Assembly: GCA_050741915.1 (NCBI GenBank)
Contig: JBOGEX010000057.1
Span: forward strand, 4,856 to 68,855
DNA length: 64,000 nt
Source of the DNA: Acidimicrobiia bacterium
GTDB taxonomy: Bacteria > Actinomycetota > Acidimicrobiia > Spongiisociales > ZC4RG35
Direction: 5' to 3'
The position numbers and the translations under genes were made by a program. Each line of letters begins with the position of its first letter. Position 1 is the first letter of the stretch. The notes beneath the pieces were generated by a model. That model ran no database searches. It saw only the letters and a program-made list of their open reading frames with translations, and was not told the DNA's origin. Shown one piece after another: positions 51,578 through 60,481 of this stretch.

Positions 51578-52569
51578 GCAGTTATCGATCAGCCGGGGTC
51601 AGCCTCGACGGTGCCGACCGCCACGTCGATGCGATCGCTCCCCTGGTCACATCGACCTGGACCTCTTCGGTTAGAGGGACGTTCGGCGGCTTCGCCGCCG
51701 GGATCAAAATCCCGCCCGGCTATCAGAACCCGATCCTGATGATGACCACCGACGGGGTGGGAACCAAGCTGGAACTCGCCCGGCAGACCGGGCGCTGGGA
51801 CGGGATCGGCTCTGACCTGGTGGCGATGGTGGTCGATGATCTGGCGGCCTCCGGGGCGACACCTCTGGGCCTGGTCGATTACATGGCCGTCGGCGCCCTC
51901 GATCCCGAGCGCGACACACGAGTGGTCGCTTCGATCGCCGCCGCCTGTCGCGACGCTGGGGTGGTACTGCTCGGGGGCGAGACCGCCGAGCATCCGGGAG
52001 TCATGGAGGCCGATCAGATCGACCTCGCGGCGGCGGCATTGGGGGTCGTTGAGGAGGGAGCGGAGCTAGGACCGGCTCGGGTTTCCGAGGGCGACTTGGT
52101 GGTCGGCCTTCTTTCTCCCAACCTTCGATCCAACGGATTCTCCTTAGTGCGAAGAATCGTGGCAAGCCGGGATCTCGACGAGCCGGTGCGGGGCGAGGCC
52201 GCCTCGCTGGGAGAGGTCTTGTTGCGCCCGTCGCTCATCTATGCGCCTGTGGTGCAGCCTGTGCTCCGCTTTTGCCACGCCGCCGTCCATGTCACCGGAG
52301 GCGGGCTATCAGGCAATCTCCCACGCGTGCTGCCGAACGGCCTCGGGGCGAAGATCGACTCGAGGCGGTGGCAAGTTCCTCCGATTTTTTATCGACTGCG
52401 AGAATGGGGCGGGATTCCGGAGGAAGAGCTTTTCTCAGTCTTCAATATGGGCATCGGCTTTTGCCTCCTGGTTCCACCCGACTCCCTGGAGCAGGTGATG
52501 GCGACTACCAGGGGAGTCGTGATCGGGGGAGTGACTACCGGCTCTGGCGTCGAATTGTCGTCTCGTTAG
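51574..52569 (+). CDS. purM: Phosphoribosylformylglycinamidine cyclo-ligase
   Basis: YRSAGV, TDGVGTKL, VDDL...GA.PL...DY and GGETAE.PG. TTGA overlap with the purF stop. Confidence 0.92.
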   Translation: MSSYRSAGVSLDGADRHVDAIAPLVTSTWTSSVRGTFGGFAAGIKIPPGYQNPILMMTTDGVGTKLELARQTGRWDGIGSDLVAMVVDDLAASGATPLGLVDYMAVGALDPERDTRVVASIAAACRDAGVVLLGGETAEHPGVMEADQIDLAAAALGVVEEGAELGPARVSEGDLVVGLLSPNLRSNGFSLVRRIVASRDLDEPVRGEAASLGEVLLRPSLIYAPVVQPVLRFCHAAVHVTGGGLSGNLPRVLPNGLGAKIDSRRWQVPPIFYRLREWGGIPEEELFSVFNMGIGFCLLVPPDSLEQVMATTRGVVIGGVTTGSGVELSSR

Positions 52570-52578
52570 CCTGGGAAG

Positions 52579-53862
52579 ATGAGCGATCTGATTTCTCGCC
52601 ACCGACAGGTCATCGCGCCTGTCATCGCTTTCGATACGGAGATCGTGGCCGAACGGGCAGCAGGGATCTGGGTCTACGACTCCGAGGGTCGACGTTATGC
52701 CGACTTCGCATGCGGGACCGCCGTGGTCAACCTGGGGCATAACCACCCGGCCGTGGTCGAGGCAGCTCATCGCCAGATCGATCGTTTCATCCACTCGGGC
52801 TGCATCTTCCGCTACGACACCCTCGTGGAAGCGGCTGAGATGCTGGCCGAGCTGACCCCTCCGGCAATTGAGAAGTTTGGGTTCGCCAACTCCGGTTCGG
52901 AGGCGGTCGAGGCGGCCGTGAAGCTGACTCGCAAAGTCACGGGCCGGCAGGGCGTGATCGTGTTCCGGGGAGGATTCCATGGCCGAACGATGGGCTCGGT
53001 CAGCTACACGACCTCGAACTCCAAGTACCGGGATGGATACCACCCGATCCTGGGTTCGGTGTTCGTGGCGCCGTTTCCACATCCCTATCGATGGGGGATG
53101 ACTGACGAGCAGGCCGTCGACTACTGCCTCTGGGATCTCGACATGATGTTTCGTCATGAGGTCAGCCCGCAGAACATCGCCGGGTTCCTCGTCGAGCCCG
53201 TTCAGGGGGAGGGTGGGTATTACCCGGCGCCCCCCAACTTTCTCGATGAACTGCGGGCTCTGGCTGACCGGCACGGAATCAAGATCATCTACGACGAAGT
53301 GCAAACTGGCTTCGGCCGGACCGCCGAGTGGTTCGCTACCGACCTCTACCGAGCCAAGCCCGATGTAATCGCTCTGGGCAAGGGCATCGCCAACGGGCTT
53401 CCACTTTCGGCCTACGGAGCCTCAGCCGAGATGATCGACGCCTGGCCACGCGGTTCCCACGGCACGACCTTCGGTGGAAACCCGGTGGCCACGGCGGCGG
53501 CGGTGGCGGTGATGAACACGATGGGCGATCTCTTGCCTCATGCTCGCGACCTCTCATCGCGCGCCTTCGAGCACCTGGCGAAACTGGCGGCAGATCACCC
53601 AACTATCGGCGACGTGCGCGGGCACGGCCTGATGATCGGAATTGAACTTATCTCCGACACAGAAACCCGCATGCAGGATGCGGCGGCGTTTGCACACGTC
53701 CAGAGCTACTGCCTCGAGCGCGATCTGATCATCATCGACTGTGGGCCCGATGGGAATGTCATTCGCTACATCCCGGCGCTCATCACCACCGAGGAGCAGC
53801 TCGACTGGTCACTCGACCTCATTGACGAGGCGCTCTCTGACTACGAAGGCAAGGCCCACTAG
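52579..53862 (+). CDS. Class III (PLP-dependent) aminotransferase, 4-aminobutyrate aminotransferase-like
   Basis: NSGSEAVE.A.K, FHGRT, DEVQTGFGRT and TFGGNPV. Confidence 0.88.
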   Translation: MSDLISRHRQVIAPVIAFDTEIVAERAAGIWVYDSEGRRYADFACGTAVVNLGHNHPAVVEAAHRQIDRFIHSGCIFRYDTLVEAAEMLAELTPPAIEKFGFANSGSEAVEAAVKLTRKVTGRQGVIVFRGGFHGRTMGSVSYTTSNSKYRDGYHPILGSVFVAPFPHPYRWGMTDEQAVDYCLWDLDMMFRHEVSPQNIAGFLVEPVQGEGGYYPAPPNFLDELRALADRHGIKIIYDEVQTGFGRTAEWFATDLYRAKPDVIALGKGIANGLPLSAYGASAEMIDAWPRGSHGTTFGGNPVATAAAVAVMNTMGDLLPHARDLSSRAFEHLAKLAADHPTIGDVRGHGLMIGIELISDTETRMQDAAAFAHVQSYCLERDLIIIDCGPDGNVIRYIPALITTEEQLDWSLDLIDEALSDYEGKAH

Positions 53863-53910
53863 GCGATCCCGGGCGTGGAACTCCGCCACCGGCAGCAACG
53901 TCCAACCCCC

Positions 53911-54732
53911 ATGCAACGCTGCAAGCCACTAGTTCTCCTCGCCCTCACGCCCTTGCTGTTCGCCTGTGGAGCCTCTTCGGGAGGCCTGGCCGACGACCTC
54001 AAGCTCAACGAAGACCCAGCATCAATCCTCCTCGCCGTCACCAGTGCCGGGGGTTTCGTTCCGATTGAGTTCATGGTCAACCAAGGCCCCTACCTGGTTC
54101 TGACGCGGGGTGGAGAACTGATCCATCAAGGACCTCAGATTGAGATCTATCCAGGGCCGCTTCTCGCCAACTGGCTCGTGACCCAGCTCGATGAGGAATC
54201 GATGCTCTTCGTTCTGGAGGAACTCGATGCGCTCAACTTCGACGAGATCGGTCAGGTCGAGAAAAACGACGCCACCGGAGTGGCCGACGCCCCGATCACA
54301 ACAGTGCGTTTCTACAACCAGGACGGACAGCACTCCTTTGCCGTCTATGCCCTCGGGATTTCGGATCAGTCAGCCGACAGCCGGGTGCCGATCCTCGCCA
54401 ACCTGGTCGAACGACTCGGAACCCTCACGAATTTTTCGTCCCAGAGCTACGTGCCTGAAGCAATACAGGTCGTCGCCGGGGTGGGTGCCGGGGAGATCGA
54501 TGCGGCAGTCGCCAATGTTCGCGACTGGCCCTTGCTGGATTCGTACGCCGGCATGGCCGAGATCGGGTTCGATTGGCGTTGCGCGACCTTTGAGGGAGAT
54601 CAAGCCCAGCAACTTCTCGACGTGTTCGCCGAAGCCAATCAGGCCACTCGCTGGACCCTCGAAGGATCTGAGTATCAGATCCTGGTGAGGCCCTTCTTTC
54701 CGAACGAAGATCCCTGCGAACCTCTCGGCTAG
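53911..54732 (+). CDS. Hypothetical lipoprotein
   Basis: MQRCKPLVLLALTPLLFAC lipobox signal. ORF 53875 trimmed to ATG 53911. Confidence 0.6.
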   Translation: MQRCKPLVLLALTPLLFACGASSGGLADDLKLNEDPASILLAVTSAGGFVPIEFMVNQGPYLVLTRGGELIHQGPQIEIYPGPLLANWLVTQLDEESMLFVLEELDALNFDEIGQVEKNDATGVADAPITTVRFYNQDGQHSFAVYALGISDQSADSRVPILANLVERLGTLTNFSSQSYVPEAIQVVAGVGAGEIDAAVANVRDWPLLDSYAGMAEIGFDWRCATFEGDQAQQLLDVFAEANQATRWTLEGSEYQILVRPFFPNEDPCEPLG

Positions 54733-54775
54733 CTGCGCGGATTTTTGGCGCTATAGGTCAGGAAAATCCGCGCAC
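54733..54775. terminator. Perfect 12-bp hairpin between convergent genes (repeat X2)
   Basis: TGCGCGGATTTT (54734-54745) pairs with AAAATCCGCGCA (54763-54774) around a 17-nt loop. Its 5' arm and flank are shared with 35671-35710. Confidence 0.5.
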
Positions 54776-54785
54776 AACGAGTGGG

Positions 54786-55040
54786 TCAGGCGCGACTCTT
54801 CATCTGCCGCCAGATGAGAAGCGCGACGATGGCGCCGATGATCGAGCCGATCAGGCCCGCAGTCGTGAACTCGTTGAAGGTACGGCCCGTGAAGAGCACC
54901 GCCAGTAGTCCTCCCACGAAGCTTCCGACGATACCGAGCAGCAACGTCGGTAGGAATCCCATCGCATCTCGACCAGGAACCAGCGCCCGGGCCACGAGCC
55001 CGGCGATCAGGCCGACGAGCAGGAACCAAATGATGCCCAT
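54786..55040 (-). CDS. GlsB/YeaQ/YmgE-family (transglycosylase-associated) small membrane protein
   Basis: MGIIWFLLVGLIAGLVARALVPG and GIVGSFVGG. 84 aa. Confidence 0.85.
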   Translation of the reverse strand: MGIIWFLLVGLIAGLVARALVPGRDAMGFLPTLLLGIVGSFVGGLLAVLFTGRTFNEFTTAGLIGSIIGAIVALLIWRQMKSRA

Positions 55041-55122
55041 GTCTCTCCCTCGTTAGTGGATGGCGAAATCCAAGATATACGCTACCCAAAGGGCGTGTCG
55101 GGCAAATGTGACGGGAAGGTGC

Positions 55123-56211
55123 TCAGCCCTCTCTGCGGATCACGAACAGCTCGTCGTTCCACCAGATCTGTCCGTACTTCTCCATCACCGCCCTGGTGGC
55201 ATCGAGGTATCGGCCCGAACTCATCGCTTCGGCGAGCCGGGTCTCGTCGATCTGAGCGACATAGGTGGCAGCGTTCCACGCGGCAACCACGGACGAAGTG
55301 CCGATGTGAGCTGCCTCCTCTGAGGGCATGGTGTGGAGTGAAAAGCGAAAGATCGCTTCCTCGTCGCTCAAGGCCGGGAAGGAAAGGTCGGACTCGGACT
55401 CGAGCTGGCGAGCCGCTTCCGCCACGACATCCGCCCCGCTGTGGGAAAACGGCTCTTCCTCCGGCCAGACCCCGCGGATGATCTCCATCCCCGGATCATT
55501 GCCGGCCGCCTGCACGCCGATCAGCAGCCCTCCGGACGAAAGCGCTCGGGCCAGCGGAGCTACCACCAACGACACCTTGCGCTCCAACGGCGTTCGCGCC
55601 CGGTAGGCCTGGGAGGCGATGGCAAGGTCATAGTTGATGCTCCCGTTGCGCCTTGGGATCAGCGGCTCCAGGAGGAAGCGATGATCCTGACGGTAAAGGA
55701 CCAATGCCGCCGGGTGGAGGTTGATTGGGTTCCCCGTCTTCTCGCTCGTGGTTATCTGCCAGTCGGCCGCCAGTTGACCGAAGAGTTCTGAGATCTGTTC
55801 GCCGAACTCGGCGCTAGTCGTGCCGGCAAGGGCCACCTCTCGCCACCGACCCGATGGCCCCACGTTCAGAACGGGAGCATCTGCGAACCGAAGGTTGGTG
55901 ACCACCACCACCATCTCCGGGTGCTCCAGGAAGCGATCGGGAAGCCGGGCGATTCCCTGGCGCACATCCTCGATCGAAATCTCCTTCGCCACCACCAGCC
56001 AGGGCACAAAGGTCCATCGACGATGGAGCCGCCGCATCAGGTTGGTGAGCAGGGCACCGTCTCCCATCCCGGCGTCGAAGATCCGCAGTCCCGGTTGACT
56101 CAGACGGAGAGCCTCTGCCTCCTGGGCGATGCGATCGGCCACCACCACCTTCTCGTCGGTGGCATTGACGAACATCGTGTATGCCGCCCTGGTGTCGAAG
56201 AAGCGAGCCAT
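55123..56211 (-). CDS. Hypothetical protein with class I SAM-methyltransferase-like motif I
   Basis: LRIFDAGMGDGALL resembles the (V/I)(L/F)DxGxGxG motif I. The rest is not recognisable by eye. Confidence 0.45.
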   Translation of the reverse strand: MARFFDTRAAYTMFVNATDEKVVVADRIAQEAEALRLSQPGLRIFDAGMGDGALLTNLMRRLHRRWTFVPWLVVAKEISIEDVRQGIARLPDRFLEHPEMVVVVTNLRFADAPVLNVGPSGRWREVALAGTTSAEFGEQISELFGQLAADWQITTSEKTGNPINLHPAALVLYRQDHRFLLEPLIPRRNGSINYDLAIASQAYRARTPLERKVSLVVAPLARALSSGGLLIGVQAAGNDPGMEIIRGVWPEEEPFSHSGADVVAEAARQLESESDLSFPALSDEEAIFRFSLHTMPSEEAAHIGTSSVVAAWNAATYVAQIDETRLAEAMSSGRYLDATRAVMEKYGQIWWNDELFVIRREG

Positions 56212-56217
56212 GCCCGA

Positions 56218-57861
56218 TCAGGCGATCGGTAACACCTGAAAACCGGACCCATCGACGGTGACCATCGCCGCTGCAGCCTCGAGGCCCGCTAGGGCCGCAA
56301 CAATCTCATCCGCCCGGGCCTGGTCGACCACCCCGATCCCGTCGGTGCGGCGGAGAAACCTCATCTTTTCGATCATCTGTGGCAGGGGACCGGGATCGCT
56401 CGCCACCAACGTGACTGTCCGATTACCGACGGCTCTAACGGGGGTAACGGCGGCCGTGACCGGTGCGTGCTGTGAAAGGGCGGGCACAACATCTCTGCGC
56501 AGCTTCACAACGTGCCACGTGAGTATCCCAGCTACGACCACGGTCGGAATACCCCAAGCGAGCGAATCTCCCAGGTCCGAGGGGTCGCCCGAGAGCGCGG
56601 CCCGCAGGAGGAAAAACAACACTGTGATCAGGGCGATGGCGCCGGTGATGGCCGAACCGAAGAAGAGGAGGAGCAGGGCGGCCCGCCGTGAGAGCGACTG
56701 CGGTTCGTTGAGTACGACGACCTTTCCCCAATAGCGAACCGTGAGGGCACCGGTAACTGCCAGGCTCACGATCGCACCGATGAACGCTCTCCCCTCGTCG
56801 TCAATCAGGGCAGAGGATCCGAGAGTCGAGAAGACCAGCCCGGTGAGAAAGATCAGTGACGTCGCAAAGCCCACCAAAGAGCTCGCCCCGAAGAGATACT
56901 CGACCGCTCGCACGGGCTCGGTTCGGGCTTTGCCCAGCATTGGGCGGTGATGCCAGTAGGCCAAGACTCCCACGAAAAGGCTCGTCGCCAGCCCGGGAAC
57001 GGCATCTAGCGCTTCGGACCTCTCCAAGTTCAAGAGGAGGACCAGGCTGATGTAGAGGAGCGAAGACAATGCCACCACCGCGGTGAACCAGGACGTCACC
57101 GCGACGAAGGCCACGTAGATGTCCCGGAGCAAGCCAGGCCGCCGAGCCATCCGCTGCAACCAGAAAAAGACGAACAACGGAACTCCGACGACGAGAAGGA
57201 TTGTTCCCCACTTCAAATCGTCATAGAGAGGATCGATTCCGAGCAGAACCGTTCGATCCCCGAGCAGGGTGGAAAGAGTGCCGTGGACAATGAAGCTCAC
57301 ACCGGCGATGGTGAGTCCGAGGCCGACCAGAGATCCCCAGAGAAGACGGATCTCGTCAAGGTCGTCGGCCGACCCCCGCCAGCGTTCGAGAAGACCCCAA
57401 AGGGCTCCAAAGGTCAGCAACTGAGCGACCGCCGAGGCCCGGTACTCCGCCAAGTTGAGAGCGAAAGCCAGCAGCCCGATCACCGCCACCACCACCACCG
57501 ATAGGGCGATGGCAATTGATACTGCCAGATAGAGACTGCGCCCCGCACTCGGCAAAGCGTCCCGGCGGCGCTCGAAAGCAATCCACACCGCAGCCCACAC
57601 CGCCCCCGAGACGATCAGGGTCGAAAGAGTGAGGGCTATGTCCCCCGGATCCTTGAACAGGACTCCGTCGCCGGGAAGGATCGAGGAGACCAGCGAGGAA
57701 AAGGAGGCGGTGGCCAGGACCGTGGCGATGACCAGGATCAGGTAGGAAACGATCTCGGCAACGGAGTTGCCGGTCCCAGTGCGTGGTCGCCGGGCTACCA
57801 AGACCAGCGGCAGGGCAATGACTGCCGCCACGACGACGAGGAGAAGAAAGACGAGGCTCAT
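56218..57861 (-). CDS. Hypothetical polytopic membrane protein (about 12 TM) with a small soluble C-terminal domain
   Basis: 547-aa ORF, continuously hydrophobic for about 450 aa, then about 90 soluble residues. Its start is 2 nt after the stop of the upstream small gene. Confidence 0.6.
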   Translation of the reverse strand: MSLVFLLLVVVAAVIALPLVLVARRPRTGTGNSVAEIVSYLILVIATVLATASFSSLVSSILPGDGVLFKDPGDIALTLSTLIVSGAVWAAVWIAFERRRDALPSAGRSLYLAVSIAIALSVVVVAVIGLLAFALNLAEYRASAVAQLLTFGALWGLLERWRGSADDLDEIRLLWGSLVGLGLTIAGVSFIVHGTLSTLLGDRTVLLGIDPLYDDLKWGTILLVVGVPLFVFFWLQRMARRPGLLRDIYVAFVAVTSWFTAVVALSSLLYISLVLLLNLERSEALDAVPGLATSLFVGVLAYWHHRPMLGKARTEPVRAVEYLFGASSLVGFATSLIFLTGLVFSTLGSSALIDDEGRAFIGAIVSLAVTGALTVRYWGKVVVLNEPQSLSRRAALLLLFFGSAITGAIALITVLFFLLRAALSGDPSDLGDSLAWGIPTVVVAGILTWHVVKLRRDVVPALSQHAPVTAAVTPVRAVGNRTVTLVASDPGPLPQMIEKMRFLRRTDGIGVVDQARADEIVAALAGLEAAAAMVTVDGSGFQVLPIA

Positions 57862-57862
57862 T

Positions 57863-58330
57863 TCAAACTCCCGAGCAGAAGATGTAGTAGGGGAGCTCGT
57901 CGATGAAGAGGGAATTTCCCTCTCGAACCAAGGTGAAGCTCATTTTGGTCTCGTATCTGTAAGGCTCGAAGCCGTCGCTGGCCTCGATGACGGTTACGTC
58001 CAGGTTGACAATTACCGTTGGGCCCGCCTCGATGACGTCATCGATGACAATTCGGGTCGCCTCGGTGTGATCTCGGACGAGGTCGGCAGGCGTGCACTCA
58101 GCCCTCGACTCCTCCGACAACAAAGCGTGGGCCGCCTCGTAGTTATCGTCGTTCAAAGCCAGGAGGAAAGCTTGCACGGTGCCTTCAGGGGTGTCGCGGG
58201 AGAACTGGGTAACAGGGCGGATTGCGTTGACGATTGCAGCCGCCACGACTAACACCGCCACGATCAGTCCCACGACGACTCCCAGCCCAAGGCCGGTCCT
58301 CGCAGCGGTGTCGGTGCTCTCGTTGGTCAT
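57863..58330 (-). CDS. Hypothetical membrane-anchored protein
   Basis: 155 aa with one TM (LGLGVVVGLIVAVLVVAAAIV), then a soluble alpha+beta-looking domain. Confidence 0.55.
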   Translation of the reverse strand: MTNESTDTAARTGLGLGVVVGLIVAVLVVAAAIVNAIRPVTQFSRDTPEGTVQAFLLALNDDNYEAAHALLSEESRAECTPADLVRDHTEATRIVIDDVIEAGPTVIVNLDVTVIEASDGFEPYRYETKMSFTLVREGNSLFIDELPYYIFCSGV

Positions 58331-58392
58331 GGGATCAGGTTGGCCTGGCGGTTGGGTCCGCGCAATCCGGTAACACCCTGAATCGGCGAGAT

Positions 58393-58971
58393 CTAACCGA
58401 CGCCGTTTCGACAGAACGCCAGGATCTCCGCAGCCAGGCCACCCCGGTCAAGTCGACCTCTCGGGCGATACCAGCGCTCGACCGCGTTAAGAACCGACAA
58501 GATCATGATCGCGGCTGTGGTGGGATCGAGATCGGCTTGAAAGGAACCGTCCTTGGCGCCGGCGATCAGGACGCGTCTGAAGGCAGCTTCGTACTTGTCG
58601 CGAGCAGCAAGCACACGACCGCGGTGGGCGTCGTCCAAGGCATCCGCCTCATAGAGAAACGTCCGGGCTTCGTCGATGTGATCGAGAACAACGTCGAGAT
58701 GACCCTCAACCAGGGCGGTGAGCTGGTCCGCTCCGGAACCTCCTGCTCCTTCGGCCCGATCGGCGGCAGCCTGGAAGAGGGCGCCGCCCTGCTCCACCAC
58801 CTCGACTAACAGATCGGCCTTGGACTCGATGTGGCTGTAAAGCGACGAACCCAAGAGACCCACCTCGCGAGCCAAATCGCGCATCGAGGTTCCGTGATAG
58901 CCGCGGGAAGCGAACAACCGACTGGCGGCGCGGACGACATCCTGGCGGGTGCGGGACCGAGTGACCGTCAT
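58393..58971 (-). CDS. TetR-family transcriptional regulator (PaaR-like by position)
   Basis: HTH region RLFASRGYHGTSMRDLAREVGLLGSSLYSHIESK. The ATG at 58971 directly abuts the paaE stop. Confidence 0.85.
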   Translation of the reverse strand: MTVTRSRTRQDVVRAASRLFASRGYHGTSMRDLAREVGLLGSSLYSHIESKADLLVEVVEQGGALFQAAADRAEGAGGSGADQLTALVEGHLDVVLDHIDEARTFLYEADALDDAHRGRVLAARDKYEAAFRRVLIAGAKDGSFQADLDPTTAAIMILSVLNAVERWYRPRGRLDRGGLAAEILAFCRNGVG

Positions 58972-60029
58972 ACGTCGTAATCCACGGTGACGGCATCGGT
59001 CAGGGGATGCGCCTGACAGGTGAGGACGTAACCAGCTTCGACCTCTGAGTCCACGAGAGCCCAATTCCGGTCCATCTTCACCTGGCCGCCGACCACCCTG
59101 GCCTTACAGCTCGCACACATGCCTCCTTTGCAGGAGTAGGGGAGCTCGGGGCGAACGCGCAGGGCAGCATCGAGGATCGACGTCTCCGGCCGCATTCGGG
59201 TCGCGCTGCGGCGGCCGTCAAGGGTGAGCTCGAGAGCGATCGTTCCTTCGGCTGCTTCGGGTTCGGCCGGAAGAGTGTTGAGGTCGAGAGGACCGGCGAA
59301 GAAGAGCTCGTCGTGAACAAGGTTGGCGGCGACGCCGCGATCTTGCAGTAGCTGACGGGCGTTCATCACCATCTCGAACGGTCCACACAGGAACCATTCC
59401 TTGGGTGTGGCAGGGCCCACTACCCGGTCGAGCAGCTCTTCGAGTCGTGAGCGGTCGAGTCGGCCGCTGAAAAGCGATGTCACTCCGCTCTCCCGGCTGA
59501 GAACGTGGATGAGCTGAAGGCGTTCGGGGTAGCGGTCCTTGAGGCCCTCGAGCTCATCGAGAAACATCACGCTCTCGGCGGCCCGGTTGCCGAATATCAC
59601 GGTGAAGCGACATCCCGGCTCGGATTCGAGGAAAGTCGAAACGAGCGACAGGACGGGGGTGATACCGCTACCAACTGCGACCGCCCCGTAGTGGATCGGA
59701 CGCGGTTCGGTGGTGAACTCGCCGACTGGCGACATGACCTCGAGCTCGACGCCGGGCCTGAGTGCCGAGTTCGCCCAGGTGGAGAAGGCACCACCGGGAA
59801 GCTGCTTCACCCCGATACGGAGATCCCCGCGATTGGCGTTGGCGCAAATCGAATAGCTCCGGCGGACATCGGCACCATCGATGTCGGCTCTAACCGTCAC
59901 GTGTTGACCCGGCAAGTAGCCAAAAGCGTCGGCAAGGTTCCCGGGCACTTCGAAGGTGACAGCGACCGCCTCGCCGGTGAGCCGCTCGACTTCCGTCACC
60001 TTCAGACGATGAAATCCTTGGGAGCTCAT
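58968..60029 (-). CDS. paaE: Phenylacetyl-CoA epoxidase reductase subunit
   Basis: FNR-like RRSYSI and GSGITP, plus a C-terminal plant-type 2Fe-2S motif CKGGMCASCKA...C. ATGA overlap with paaD. Confidence 0.9.
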   Translation of the reverse strand: MSSQGFHRLKVTEVERLTGEAVAVTFEVPGNLADAFGYLPGQHVTVRADIDGADVRRSYSICANANRGDLRIGVKQLPGGAFSTWANSALRPGVELEVMSPVGEFTTEPRPIHYGAVAVGSGITPVLSLVSTFLESEPGCRFTVIFGNRAAESVMFLDELEGLKDRYPERLQLIHVLSRESGVTSLFSGRLDRSRLEELLDRVVGPATPKEWFLCGPFEMVMNARQLLQDRGVAANLVHDELFFAGPLDLNTLPAEPEAAEGTIALELTLDGRRSATRMRPETSILDAALRVRPELPYSCKGGMCASCKARVVGGQVKMDRNWALVDSEVEAGYVLTCQAHPLTDAVTVDYDV

Positions 60030-60481
60030 CGCAATTCTTTGAAGAGGTCGAACGGTTCCCCGCATGAGCTACAAACCATCAAAGCCTTGCAGGCGGTGGA
60101 TCCGAACTCGCTGACCGTACGGGAGACGGCTTGGCAGAGTGGACAAAAGACATTGGCAGACAGATCGGGCGGCGCAATGCCGTTACCGGCGAGGAGTTGC
60201 CGGCCCTGGTCGGTGATGTCGTCCGTGGTCCAGGCAGGGTGCAACACTGTTCTCACCACCGCCGCGAAACCTTCGCTCGCAAGTGTCGCTTCGATGTCCG
60301 ATCGAATGACTTCCATCGCCGGGCACCCCGAGTAGGTGGGGGTGATGCTCACGGTGACCGTGTTGTCTTCGATCTCGACTGAGCGCAGGATGCCAAGGTC
60401 GGCAATCGACAAGAACGGGATTTCCGGGTCGCAGACGCGGGCAACGATCGCCACCGGATCGCCTGTGGTTCCGATCACCAT
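60026..60481 (-). CDS. paaD: Phenylacetyl-CoA epoxidase subunit PaaD (DUF59 type)
   Basis: VCDPEIPFLSIADLGILR...TPTYSGCPA and a C-terminal CPLC...CSSC. ORF trimmed to ATG 60481. Confidence 0.88.
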   Translation of the reverse strand: MVIGTTGDPVAIVARVCDPEIPFLSIADLGILRSVEIEDNTVTVSITPTYSGCPAMEVIRSDIEATLASEGFAAVVRTVLHPAWTTDDITDQGRQLLAGNGIAPPDLSANVFCPLCQAVSRTVSEFGSTACKALMVCSSCGEPFDLFKELR

